The notes: generated by a model not told the origin, from the sequence alone. A DNA stretch of 57,546 nucleotides from an uncultured Candidatus Saccharibacteria bacterium (GCA_964648545.1 CAZYNZ010000001.1:1-57546); one strand, 5' to 3'. Numbered from the stretch's first letter, positions 8,915-16,160 are shown. Numbers and translations are program-made.

Positions 8915-9361
8915 ATGAAAACAATAAATAAAACAATTGAATTTCAGACGAAGGGACAGTTTGATTTTATTGATTTCACCGACCAGGTGAAAAATTTCAT
9001 TAAAGAAAGTGAAATTGAAGACGGGCTCGTCAACATCCAGATTTTGCACACTTCTTCATCTTTAATAGTCAACGAGAACGAACCTTTGCTGATAGAAGAT
9101 TTTAAAAATAATTTGCGGAAAACCGCACCGCAGGATTTAAATTATCAACACGATGATTTAACAAAAAGAACGGTTAATGTTTGTCCGGCAGAATGCATCA
9201 ACGGGCATTCCCACTGCCAGGCTATTCATTTGTTGGTTTCAGTCACCCTGAATTTAATCGGCAAAGAATTACAGTTGGGTCAATGGCAAAGAATTTTTTT
9301 TGTCGAACTTGACCGGCCAAGAAAAAGAAAGGTCCAGATCCAAATTTTAGGAGAACGATGA
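8915..9361 (+). CDS. YjbQ/UPF0047 family protein (secondary thiamine-phosphate synthase-like)
   Basis: 148 aa. Motifs are GLVNIQILHTSSSLIVNENEP, NGHSHCQAIHL and QLGQWQRIFFVELD. Confidence 0.8.
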   Translation: MKTINKTIEFQTKGQFDFIDFTDQVKNFIKESEIEDGLVNIQILHTSSSLIVNENEPLLIEDFKNNLRKTAPQDLNYQHDDLTKRTVNVCPAECINGHSHCQAIHLLVSVTLNLIGKELQLGQWQRIFFVELDRPRKRKVQIQILGER

Positions 9362-9401
9362 AATAAATTTCATCTTCCACTTCGTCCCGTTATCGCGGGA
9401 C
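9357..9401 (+). repeat. bipartite tandem-hairpin intergenic element, copy 1
   Basis: GATGAAATAAATTTCATC hairpin (contains the yjbQ-like TGA stop), spacer TTCCACTTC, then GTCCCG-TTATCG-CGGGAC hairpin. Confidence 0.6.
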
Positions 9402-9420
9402 TTAGCGATTAACAAATAAT

Positions 9421-9603
9421 ATGTCTTATAAAGTAAATAAAGAAAAGTGCATCGGTTGCGGACTTTGCGTTATCGACTGTCCGGGGGGTACGGAAATGGA
9501 CAAAGACGGTAAAGCCAAGGTGATAGGTCAGGAAAAATTGGAAAAATGCGGAGGAGAAAAGATCTGTCCCTACGGAGCGATAGAAAAGCAAGGGGAAAAA
9601 TAG
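9421..9603 (+). CDS. small 4Fe-4S ferredoxin
   Basis: 60 aa with CIGCGLCVIDCP and a distal CPYGAI motif. Confidence 0.85.
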   Translation: MSYKVNKEKCIGCGLCVIDCPGGTEMDKDGKAKVIGQEKLEKCGGEKICPYGAIEKQGEK

Positions 9604-9628
9604 GGGTGTGGATAAACTATTGTTTTAA

Positions 9629-9662
9629 GAGGGTTTGACAAGGTTTGACCCTCCTTTTTTTT
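9629..9662 (+). terminator. rho-independent terminator after the ferredoxin gene
   Basis: GAGGGT...ACCCTC stem whose loop holds a GGTTTGAC direct repeat, followed by a T8 run. Confidence 0.65.
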
Positions 9663-9673
9663 CAAGATAGAAT
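9645..9673 (+). promoter_or_regulatory. candidate sigma-70 promoter for nrdDG
   Basis: TTGACC (9645-9650), 17 nt spacer, TAGAAT (9668-9673). It overlaps the 3' arm of the upstream terminator. Confidence 0.45.
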
Positions 9674-9782
9674 GTAATAATCTATGCTGAAGATGAGGAT
9701 AAAATTCTCATCGATTATTTTTCTCATGATAGTGAGAAGAAAGTGAAGAAGAGAAAATCTCTTCGCCTATTTTTCTCTAGAT

Positions 9783-11909
9783 ATGACTACAAATAAAATT
9801 ACAAAAATCAAAAAAAGGGACGGGACGATTGTAGAATTTGACCAAGATAAAATCACCAAAGCCATTTTCAAGGCGATTACCGCCACCGATCAGGGTGACG
9901 GTATCCGGTCAAAGAAACTCTCCGAGAAAGTAATCCAAATTCTGAACAGAAGATTCAAGAAAGACGAAATTCCGGAAGTGGAACAAATCCAGGACATAGT
10001 TGAGGAAGTTTTAATTCTGGAAGGATTGGTTGATACGGCCAAGGCCTACATACTTTACAGAGAGCAGAGAAGAAGAATCAGGGAGGCGGTAACGATTTCC
10101 GAGGAGACGGTTGAAAGAATGGACCAGTACTTGGAAAAACTGGACTGGGAGGTTCAGGAAAATGCCAACATGGCTTTTTCCCTGCAGGGATTGAATCATT
10201 ATGCCGTATCGCAAATCATAAAAAAATATTGGCTCAACAAAATTTATCCCCAGGAAGTAAGAGAGGCCAATGAGTCCGGAGATTTTCACGTGCACAACTT
10301 GGATACCCTGGGCCCTTACTGTGCCGGCTGGGATCTGTATGATTTATTGCTGAAAGGTTTCGGCGGAGTTCCGGGAAAAGTTGAAACGAAACCCGCGAAA
10401 CACTTCCGCGCAATTCTGGGACAGGCAGTAAATTTTCTTTATACGCTGCAAGGAGAAGTGGCGGGAGCAGTCGCTTTTTCAAACTTTGACACATTACTCG
10501 CTCCTTTTATCCGTTACGATAATTTAAATTACCAGCAGACAAAACAGGCCCTGCAGGAATTCATGTTCAACATGTCCGTGCCCACCAGGGTCGGTTTCCA
10601 AAATCCTTTCAGCAACATAACTTTGGATTTGAGGCCCTCCCCGGTTTTCGCCAAGCAGCCCGTCATCATCGGCGGCAAACCGCAGAATGAAACCTATGGG
10701 GAGTTCGAGGAGGAGATGAAAATTTTCAACAAAGCTCTGTACGAAGTGATGGTGGAAGGCGACGCCAAGCAGAGAGTATTCACTTTTCCCATTCCGACAA
10801 TCAACATTACCAAGGATTTTCCGTGGGACGATCCTAATTTCGATCATATTTTCGAGGCTTCTGCCAAATACGGCATAAATTACTTTGCCAATTACATAAA
10901 TTCCGATATGAATCCTGACGATGTAAGGAGTATGTGCTGCAGATTGAGATTAGACTTGAAAGATCTCTATAATCGAGGCGGCGGGGGATTATTCGGATCG
11001 GGAAGCAAGACCGGAAGCATCGGAGTGATAACCATAAACTTGCCCAGAATCGGTTATCTTTCCAAAACCAAGAGAGACTTTCTTGAAAGATTGGGCAGAA
11101 TGATGGATTTGGCCAAAGAAAGCCTGGAAATCAAGAGAAAGACGATTGAGAATTTCATTTCCAAGGGCCTTTATCCTTATTCCCGTTTTTATTTGGCGGA
11201 TATCAAAAAGGCCAGGGGAGGGTACTATGCCAATCATTTCGCCACCATTGGGCTCGTCGGCATGAACGAGGCCATTATGAATTTTCTCGGAGAAAACATT
11301 GCTTCCAGAAGGGGAAGAGTTTTTGCTTTGGAAGTTTTGGATTTTATGAGAAAGAAGCTGGTGAAATACCAGGAGGAAACCGGAAATATTTACAACCTGG
11401 AGGCCACGCCGGCCGAGTCCACCGCTTACCGATTGGCTCTGAAAGACAGAGAACTGTATCCTGACATTGTGGCTGCCGGCACAAAGAAAATTCCTTACTA
11501 CACGAACAGCACCCAGCTGCCGGTAAACTATACCAATGATATCTTTGAAGCCTTGAAACTTCAGGATGAGATTCAGTGCAAGTATAACGGCGGAACGGTC
11601 CTGCATTTATTTGCCGGCGAAAGGATTTCCAACACAGATACGCTTAAAAATTTGATCAAAAAGGTTTTCGAGAACTTTCATTTGCCCTACGTTACCTTTA
11701 CGCCCACTTTTTCAATTTGTCCGGTTCACGGTTACGTCGCCGGAGAACATTTTTATTGTCCCCAATGCACGATAAAACAGCCGTGCGAAGTCTACTCCAG
11801 AATCGTCGGATACCTGAGGCCGGTCCAGCAGTGGAACGAAGGCAAGCAGGAAGAATTCAAAGACAGAAAAGAATTTAAAATGCCAAAATTAGTGGCTGGT
11901 GCAAAATGA
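9783..11909 (+). CDS. nrdD: anaerobic ribonucleoside-triphosphate reductase (class III RNR)
   Basis: 708 aa. It has an N-terminal ATP-cone (ITKIKKRDGTIVEFDQDKITKAI) and a C-terminal Zn site CPVHGY...CPQC. The glycyl-radical motif is SRIVGYLRPV. Confidence 0.95.
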   Translation: MTTNKITKIKKRDGTIVEFDQDKITKAIFKAITATDQGDGIRSKKLSEKVIQILNRRFKKDEIPEVEQIQDIVEEVLILEGLVDTAKAYILYREQRRRIREAVTISEETVERMDQYLEKLDWEVQENANMAFSLQGLNHYAVSQIIKKYWLNKIYPQEVREANESGDFHVHNLDTLGPYCAGWDLYDLLLKGFGGVPGKVETKPAKHFRAILGQAVNFLYTLQGEVAGAVAFSNFDTLLAPFIRYDNLNYQQTKQALQEFMFNMSVPTRVGFQNPFSNITLDLRPSPVFAKQPVIIGGKPQNETYGEFEEEMKIFNKALYEVMVEGDAKQRVFTFPIPTINITKDFPWDDPNFDHIFEASAKYGINYFANYINSDMNPDDVRSMCCRLRLDLKDLYNRGGGGLFGSGSKTGSIGVITINLPRIGYLSKTKRDFLERLGRMMDLAKESLEIKRKTIENFISKGLYPYSRFYLADIKKARGGYYANHFATIGLVGMNEAIMNFLGENIASRRGRVFALEVLDFMRKKLVKYQEETGNIYNLEATPAESTAYRLALKDRELYPDIVAAGTKKIPYYTNSTQLPVNYTNDIFEALKLQDEIQCKYNGGTVLHLFAGERISNTDTLKNLIKKVFENFHLPYVTFTPTFSICPVHGYVAGEHFYCPQCTIKQPCEVYSRIVGYLRPVQQWNEGKQEEFKDRKEFKMPKLVAGAK

Positions 11910-12607
11910 TAGAAATCGGAGGTTTGGAAAAATCAACTCTTATCGATTACCCTGGCCGCATCGCGGCCACTGTTTTTCTCATGGGATGCAATTTTCGCTG
12001 CCCTTTCTGCTATAGTTCGGAATTGGTTCTGCCGGAGAAGATATTGAAGCAGCCCAGAATTCCAGAGAAAGTTTTTTTTGATTTTTTGAAAGAAAGGCAG
12101 GGATTGCTTGATGGAATTGTGATTTGCGGGGGAGAGCCCACGCTCCAGAAGGATTTGCCCGGCTTTATAAAGAAAATAAAAGATTTGGGATATCTGGTGA
12201 AGCTCGACACCAACGGCTCAAACCCCGAGATGTTGAAACGGTTAATGGGGCAAGGATTGATTGATTACGTGGCCATGGACGTAAAATCCTGCAAGGAAAA
12301 ATACGATTTGGCTGCGGGAGTCAAGGTTGATATCAAAAAGATTGAAGAAAGCATTGAAACATTGAAACAAGGGAAGACAGATTACGAGTTCAGGACAACA
12401 GTGGTTCCTATCGTGCACACCAAGGAAGATATTTTATCCCTTGCCAAGTGGCTGGGCCCGGCGAAAAAATATTATTTGCAGAATTTCAGGGGCGAAAAGA
12501 CCATTGACCCCAAGTTTGAGAATGTCAAACCCTACCCTAAAGATTTTTTACTGGAGATTCAAAAAGAAATTTCTCCATTTTTTGAGATTTGCCAGGTGAG
12601 GGGGTAA
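11906..12607 (+). CDS. nrdG: anaerobic RNR activating protein (radical SAM)
   Basis: CNFRCPFC radical-SAM cluster motif. It overlaps the nrdD stop by 4 nt. Confidence 0.9.
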   Translation: MIEIGGLEKSTLIDYPGRIAATVFLMGCNFRCPFCYSSELVLPEKILKQPRIPEKVFFDFLKERQGLLDGIVICGGEPTLQKDLPGFIKKIKDLGYLVKLDTNGSNPEMLKRLMGQGLIDYVAMDVKSCKEKYDLAAGVKVDIKKIEESIETLKQGKTDYEFRTTVVPIVHTKEDILSLAKWLGPAKKYYLQNFRGEKTIDPKFENVKPYPKDFLLEIQKEISPFFEICQVRG

Positions 12608-12623
12608 AATTTTCGGTAGTCAA

Positions 12624-12663
12624 AGAGATTCATCTCTTTTCCACTCGTTCGCCTCGGGCGAAC
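12624..12663 (+). repeat. bipartite tandem-hairpin intergenic element, copy 2
   Basis: AGAGA-TTCA-TCTCT hairpin, spacer TTTCCACTC, then GTTCGCC-TCG-GGCGAAC hairpin. Confidence 0.55.
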
Positions 12664-12762
12664 TCGCCCTTGACTTAAATTTATGCTTAATTTAAGCTGA
12701 ATTAAGCTGTGCAAAACCAAAGGTCGGTGATGAAAATTTAATTTCAAAAGTTTTTAAATACT

Positions 12763-12918
12763 ATGGAAGGTTACTGCGTAAAATGCAAAGCAAAAAGAGA
12801 AATACAAAACTCCAAGGAAGTAGCAATGAAGGGAAAAGGTGGAGTTAAGAGAAGGGCAATGACCGGAACTTGTCCCAAGTGCGGAACCAAGATGTTCAGA
12901 ATTCTGGGAAAGGCCTAA
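12763..12918 (+). CDS. DUF5679-like small zinc-ribbon protein (51 aa, not in the ORF track)
   Basis: The manual translation is MEGYCVKCKAKREIQNSKEVAMKGKGGVKRRAMTGTCPKCGTKMFRILGKA, with a CxxC...CxxC pattern. A terminator follows. Confidence 0.7.
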   Translation: MEGYCVKCKAKREIQNSKEVAMKGKGGVKRRAMTGTCPKCGTKMFRILGKA

Positions 12919-12937
12919 TCTGAAAAACACAACAAGA

Positions 12938-12962
12938 AAACCGCTGGAACGGCGGTTTTTTT
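12938..12962 (+). terminator. rho-independent terminator
   Basis: ACCGC-TGGAACG-GCGGT followed by a T7 run. Confidence 0.65.
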
Positions 12963-12979
12963 GTGTGTAGAATGGAATA

Positions 12980-13834
12980 ATGCAAGAGAGGAAACCCGCC
13001 CTTTTTATTTTGGCAATTTTGTTCGGGTTTAATATTTTCGTCTGGAGCGTTCTTTGTGATTTCAATAAATCTGATTTTCTGGAAGTCACCTTTTTCGACG
13101 TGGGGCAGGGAGACGCCGCATTTATAGAAACCGGAGGCTCTCGCCAGGTTCTTATCGACGGCGGATCCGATTCCCTTATCCTGGAAAAACTGGGCAAGGA
13201 GATGCCTTTCTGGGACAGGACGATCGATTTGATTATCCTGACTCATCCCGAACACGATCACATGGCAGGACTTCTCGAGGTCTTAAAAAGATACGAAGTT
13301 GAAAACATTTTATGGACCGGAGCGGTCAGGGATACTGCCGAATTCCGGGAATGGGAGAAATTGATAAAAGAGGAGAATGCCAATATAATAATTGCCCGAA
13401 GTCTGCTGAGAGTCGGCTTCAACAATTCATATATAGATGTTCTATATCCCTTCGAAGATTTAGAGGGGCAGGAAACTAAAAATGCAAACAACACTTCGAT
13501 AGTTGCCAGATTGGTTTTCGGCGAAAAATCATTTTTATTTACCGGCGACATAGAAAAATCGGCGGAGAGAAAATTGCTTGAAAGCGGGGCAGAGGTTGAT
13601 TCGGACGTTTTAAAGGTCGCTCACCACGGAAGCAAAACTTCTTCTATCCCGGAGTTTATCGAAAAAGTTTCTCCGGAAATTGCCGTAATTTCCTCGGGCA
13701 AGGATAACAGTTTTGGCCATCCGCACCCCGAAACTTTGGAAACTTTGTCAAAGTGTGGTATAAATGTTTTGAGAACGGACGAATCGGGCGATATAAAAAT
13801 AGTATGCAATTCCCAGTCTTTAAAACTAAAATAA
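12980..13834 (+). CDS. ComEC/Rec2-related metallo-beta-lactamase domain protein (standalone nuclease domain with N-terminal TM anchor)
   Basis: 284 aa. Motifs are VTFFDVGQGDAAFIE, LTHPEHDHMAGL, LKVAHHGSKTSS and SFGHPHPETL. The ComEC channel domain is absent from this ORF. Confidence 0.8.
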   Translation: MQERKPALFILAILFGFNIFVWSVLCDFNKSDFLEVTFFDVGQGDAAFIETGGSRQVLIDGGSDSLILEKLGKEMPFWDRTIDLIILTHPEHDHMAGLLEVLKRYEVENILWTGAVRDTAEFREWEKLIKEENANIIIARSLLRVGFNNSYIDVLYPFEDLEGQETKNANNTSIVARLVFGEKSFLFTGDIEKSAERKLLESGAEVDSDVLKVAHHGSKTSSIPEFIEKVSPEIAVISSGKDNSFGHPHPETLETLSKCGINVLRTDESGDIKIVCNSQSLKLK

Positions 13835-14871
13835 AAAAAATAAAGAAAAAGTTCGATTTAAACAACCCCAAAGAAAGAAGGGAATATTTTTATTTGAAGG
13901 CGGGAAGGGAGATAGAGAAGCTGAAGAATTATTTCAAAAAAGGAAACAGTTTCGTGGCTTATCTGCTGGGCAAGAAGAATTCGGGAAAGGGGACTTACTC
14001 CAAAATGTTTGCCGAGATAGTCGACCCCAAAAGGATAGAGCACTTTTCCATAGGCGACATGATCAGAGAGATAGACAAGGAATTGAAAGACAGGATAAAG
14101 CGAAAAGAATTGATTGAGTTTTTAAAGAGCAATTACCGCGGTTGGTATTCCGTTGAAAAATTAATCTCTCTTCTGGAAAAACGGAGTACCAAAGTTCTCT
14201 TGCCGACCGAGTTGATCTTGGTTTTGGTAAAAAGAGAAATCGCCAAAAGGAAAAAGAAAACCATTTTTATCGACGGCTTCCCGCGGGATTTGGATCAGAT
14301 TTCCTATTCTTTGTTTTTCAGGGATTTGATCGGCTACAGGGAAGATCCCGACATTTTTGTCCTGATAGACGTGCCCGAGTCGGTGATAGACGAGAGAATA
14401 AAATCCAGAGTGGTTTGTCCGCTTTGCCAAACCTCGAGAAATCTGAGATTACTGCCGACTTCCAAGGTGGGGCACGATCAGAAAAAGAAAGAGTTTTATT
14501 TACTGTGCGACAATCCTCAGTGCAGGGAAGTAAAACTCATGCCCAAGGAAGGGGATTCCCTGGGCATCAAACCCATCAAAGACAGGCTGAAGAAAGACGG
14601 AAAGCTGATAGCGGAAGCATTTTCTCTCCAGGGCATTCCCAAGGTTCTTTTAAGGAATTCGGTCCCCAAGAAGCTGGCAAAGGAATATGTTGATGATTAT
14701 GAGATTACGCCGGAATATTATTACCAGTGGTCGGAGAAGGATAAAAAGGCAGTTATCAAAGAAAAACCCTGGATTGCGACGGATGACGAAGGGAAACCCT
14801 CATACAGTCTATTGCCTCCGCCGGTGGTTGTTTCTCTCATAAAACAGATAGTAAAAGTGCTTGGATTATAA
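13804..14871 (+). CDS. divergent adenylate-kinase-family (NMP kinase-like) protein with zinc-ribbon lid and long extensions
   Basis: The start was trimmed to ATG 13804, because the track ORF start 13753 lies deep inside the upstream gene. It has a P-loop GKKNSGKGT, an IDGFPR motif and a lid CPLCQ...CDNPQC. At 355 aa it is about 130 aa longer than the canonical adk in this window. Confidence 0.6.
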   Translation: MQFPVFKTKIKKIKKKFDLNNPKERREYFYLKAGREIEKLKNYFKKGNSFVAYLLGKKNSGKGTYSKMFAEIVDPKRIEHFSIGDMIREIDKELKDRIKRKELIEFLKSNYRGWYSVEKLISLLEKRSTKVLLPTELILVLVKREIAKRKKKTIFIDGFPRDLDQISYSLFFRDLIGYREDPDIFVLIDVPESVIDERIKSRVVCPLCQTSRNLRLLPTSKVGHDQKKKEFYLLCDNPQCREVKLMPKEGDSLGIKPIKDRLKKDGKLIAEAFSLQGIPKVLLRNSVPKKLAKEYVDDYEITPEYYYQWSEKDKKAVIKEKPWIATDDEGKPSYSLLPPPVVVSLIKQIVKVLGL

Positions 14872-14873
14872 GC

Positions 14874-14926
14874 GATGAGGGTTTAACCCTCATCTTTATC
14901 TTCCTTCGTTAGATGTTGTTGACATC
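14874..14926 (+). repeat. bipartite tandem-hairpin intergenic element, copy 3
   Basis: GATGAGGGTTTAACCCTCATC hairpin, spacer TTTATCTTCCTTC, then GTTA + GATGT-TGTTG-ACATC hairpin. Confidence 0.5.
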
Positions 14927-14948
14927 CTTTCTCGGTCGGATTTATAAT
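14919..14948 (+). promoter_or_regulatory. near-consensus sigma-70 promoter of the orphan sRNA
   Basis: TTGACA (14919-14924), 18 nt spacer, TATAAT (14943-14948). Confidence 0.6.
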
Positions 14949-14954
14949 GAAATT

Positions 14955-15123
14955 GGCTCCGTACTTTCTAGTTAAATCTGGTACAAAAGTTCTTTAGGGG
15001 AGTCTGACATGATTCTTGACCCTTGGGTCGAGACTGGGATTCCCACCTGGAATTTTTTCCGATAAAATCTCTAGAAAGAATATACGGAGCCACCAAAAAA
15101 CCTCACATTCGTGAGATTTTTTG
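14955..15123 (+). ncRNA. candidate structured small RNA (rod-like fold, 6S-like; identity unknown)
   Basis: There is no ORF. The 5' end GGCTCCGTACTTTCTAG pairs with CTAGAAAG-AATA-TACGGAGCC (15071-15091). There is an inner helix 14985-14992/15050-15057 and an apical hairpin GACCC-TT-GGGTC. It ends in a CTCAC-ATTC-GTGAG + T6 terminator. Confidence 0.5.
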
Positions 15124-15130
15124 TTATTTG

Positions 15131-15201
15131 TCGGGGTGCCGGGAGTTGAACCCGGGTTGCTACCACCCCAAGGTAGTATCCTACCGTTAGACTACACCCC
15201 G
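15131..15201 (-). tRNA. tRNA-Pro (anticodon GGG)
   Basis: The reverse complement folds as a cloverleaf: CGGGGTG TA GTCT AACGGTA GGAT A CTACC TTGGGGT GGTAG CAAC CCGGG TTCAACT CCCGG CACCCCG A. No CCA is encoded. Confidence 0.9.
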
Positions 15202-15205
15202 TATT

Positions 15206-15394
15206 CTATTTTCTTTTGCTTGAGGCTTTAATACATTTGGCGCAAGCCAGAACTCTTTTTCCCGAAGGCAATCTCATCCATTGGAGATTGGGATATTTTC
15301 TTGTCTTTACAGTGGGATTGTATTTTCCTCGAAGTTTTCTCAACTTCCAAACCATTCTGGATCCTTTGCCGCATATTTCACATTGTTTAGCCAT
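15206..15394 (-). CDS. rpmB: 50S ribosomal protein L28 (zinc-ribbon form)
   Basis: 62 aa, MAKQCEICGKGSRMV...LACAKCIK. It is basic with CxxC...CxxC. Confidence 0.85.
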   Translation of the reverse strand: MAKQCEICGKGSRMVWKLRKLRGKYNPTVKTRKYPNLQWMRLPSGKRVLACAKCIKASSKRK

Positions 15395-15418
15395 ATGGAA
15401 CTATGCTATCATAAAAAC

Positions 15419-16039
15419 ATGTTAATTACAATATTTACCCTCGTCGTTTTATTTTTTTCAATCGTCATCCACGAAATAGCCCACGGAAGCGTGGCTTTGC
15501 ATTTAGGAGACCCTACTGCGAAGGATGCGGGGCGCCTGAGCCTCAATCCTTTAAAACATATTGATCCGGTCGGAACGATTCTGCTGCCTTTGCTTTTGCT
15601 TTTCGCCACCCAGGGCCATGGTCCCATCATCGGCTGGGCCAAGCCCGTTCCGGTCAATCCTTTTAATTTCCGCGACCGTAAGTGGGGAACTTTGAAAGTT
15701 TCGATCGCCGGTCCTCTGACCAACTTTTTGCTGGCTTTGATTTTCGGTTTGATAATCAGATTTGTTCCCTTACCTGAGCCGGCTTCCATCCTTTTCGGCA
15801 TAATCGTCATTTATAACTTTGCCTGGGGCGTATTTAACCTGATTCCCATTCCGCCTTTTGACGGTTCTCACATTCTTTTTACTTTTTTGGGCGACCGTTT
15901 CCTGAAGCTTAAGATGTTTTTAAGCCAATACGGCCTTTTTATTCTTATTTTCTTTATTTTCTTCGGCGGACTAAGATTCGTTTTTACGGCCGCCTATCTT
16001 CTTTTTTACCTGGTTTCGGGCCACGTATTCGCTTTTTGA
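15419..16039 (+). CDS. site-2 protease (peptidase M50) family membrane protein
   Basis: The start was trimmed to ATG 15419, because the track ORF 15281 overlaps rpmB antisense. It has HEIAHG, NPLKHIDPVG and NLIPIPPFDGSHIL motifs. Confidence 0.85.
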   Translation: MLITIFTLVVLFFSIVIHEIAHGSVALHLGDPTAKDAGRLSLNPLKHIDPVGTILLPLLLLFATQGHGPIIGWAKPVPVNPFNFRDRKWGTLKVSIAGPLTNFLLALIFGLIIRFVPLPEPASILFGIIVIYNFAWGVFNLIPIPPFDGSHILFTFLGDRFLKLKMFLSQYGLFILIFFIFFGGLRFVFTAAYLLFYLVSGHVFAF

Positions 16040-16061
16040 GGTGAAGACGATTTTATCAGAT

Positions 16062-16112
16062 GATGAGAATTTTGTTCTCATCTTCGACCTGTGTTTTTAT
16101 TTAAATAAAAAC
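16062..16112 (+). repeat. bipartite tandem-hairpin intergenic element, copy 4
   Basis: GATGAGAATTTTGTTCTCATC hairpin, spacer TTCGACCTGT, then the perfect palindrome GTTTTTATTTAAATAAAAAC. Confidence 0.55.
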
Positions 16113-16120
16113 TTGGTCCG

Positions 16121-16149
16121 TTGACGTAATTTTCAATATATGTTAATTT
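16121..16149 (+). promoter_or_regulatory. candidate promoter of the str/S10/spc super-operon
   Basis: TTGACG, 17 nt spacer, TAATTT preceded by TGT (extended -10 like). It lies only about 12 nt upstream of the rpsL ATG, implying a very short leader. Confidence 0.35.
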
Positions 16150-16160
16150 AAGATTTAGTT

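Noticed and set aside
9359-9361. Alternative genetic code with UGA recoded, as in some candidate phyla.
   Set aside because: TGA terminates well-defined genes at the expected protein length. Examples are the yjbQ-like gene at 9359-9361 and the GalT-like gene at 34017-34019. All conserved genes are intact in the standard code.
14955-15123. Identifying the orphan sRNA as SRP (4.5S) RNA, RNase P RNA or tmRNA.
   Set aside because: The conserved SRP helix-8 motif (GGAA tetraloop flanked by AGCA/GGA-type loops) is not present. The element is far too short for RNase P RNA or tmRNA, so it is left as an unknown 6S-like candidate.
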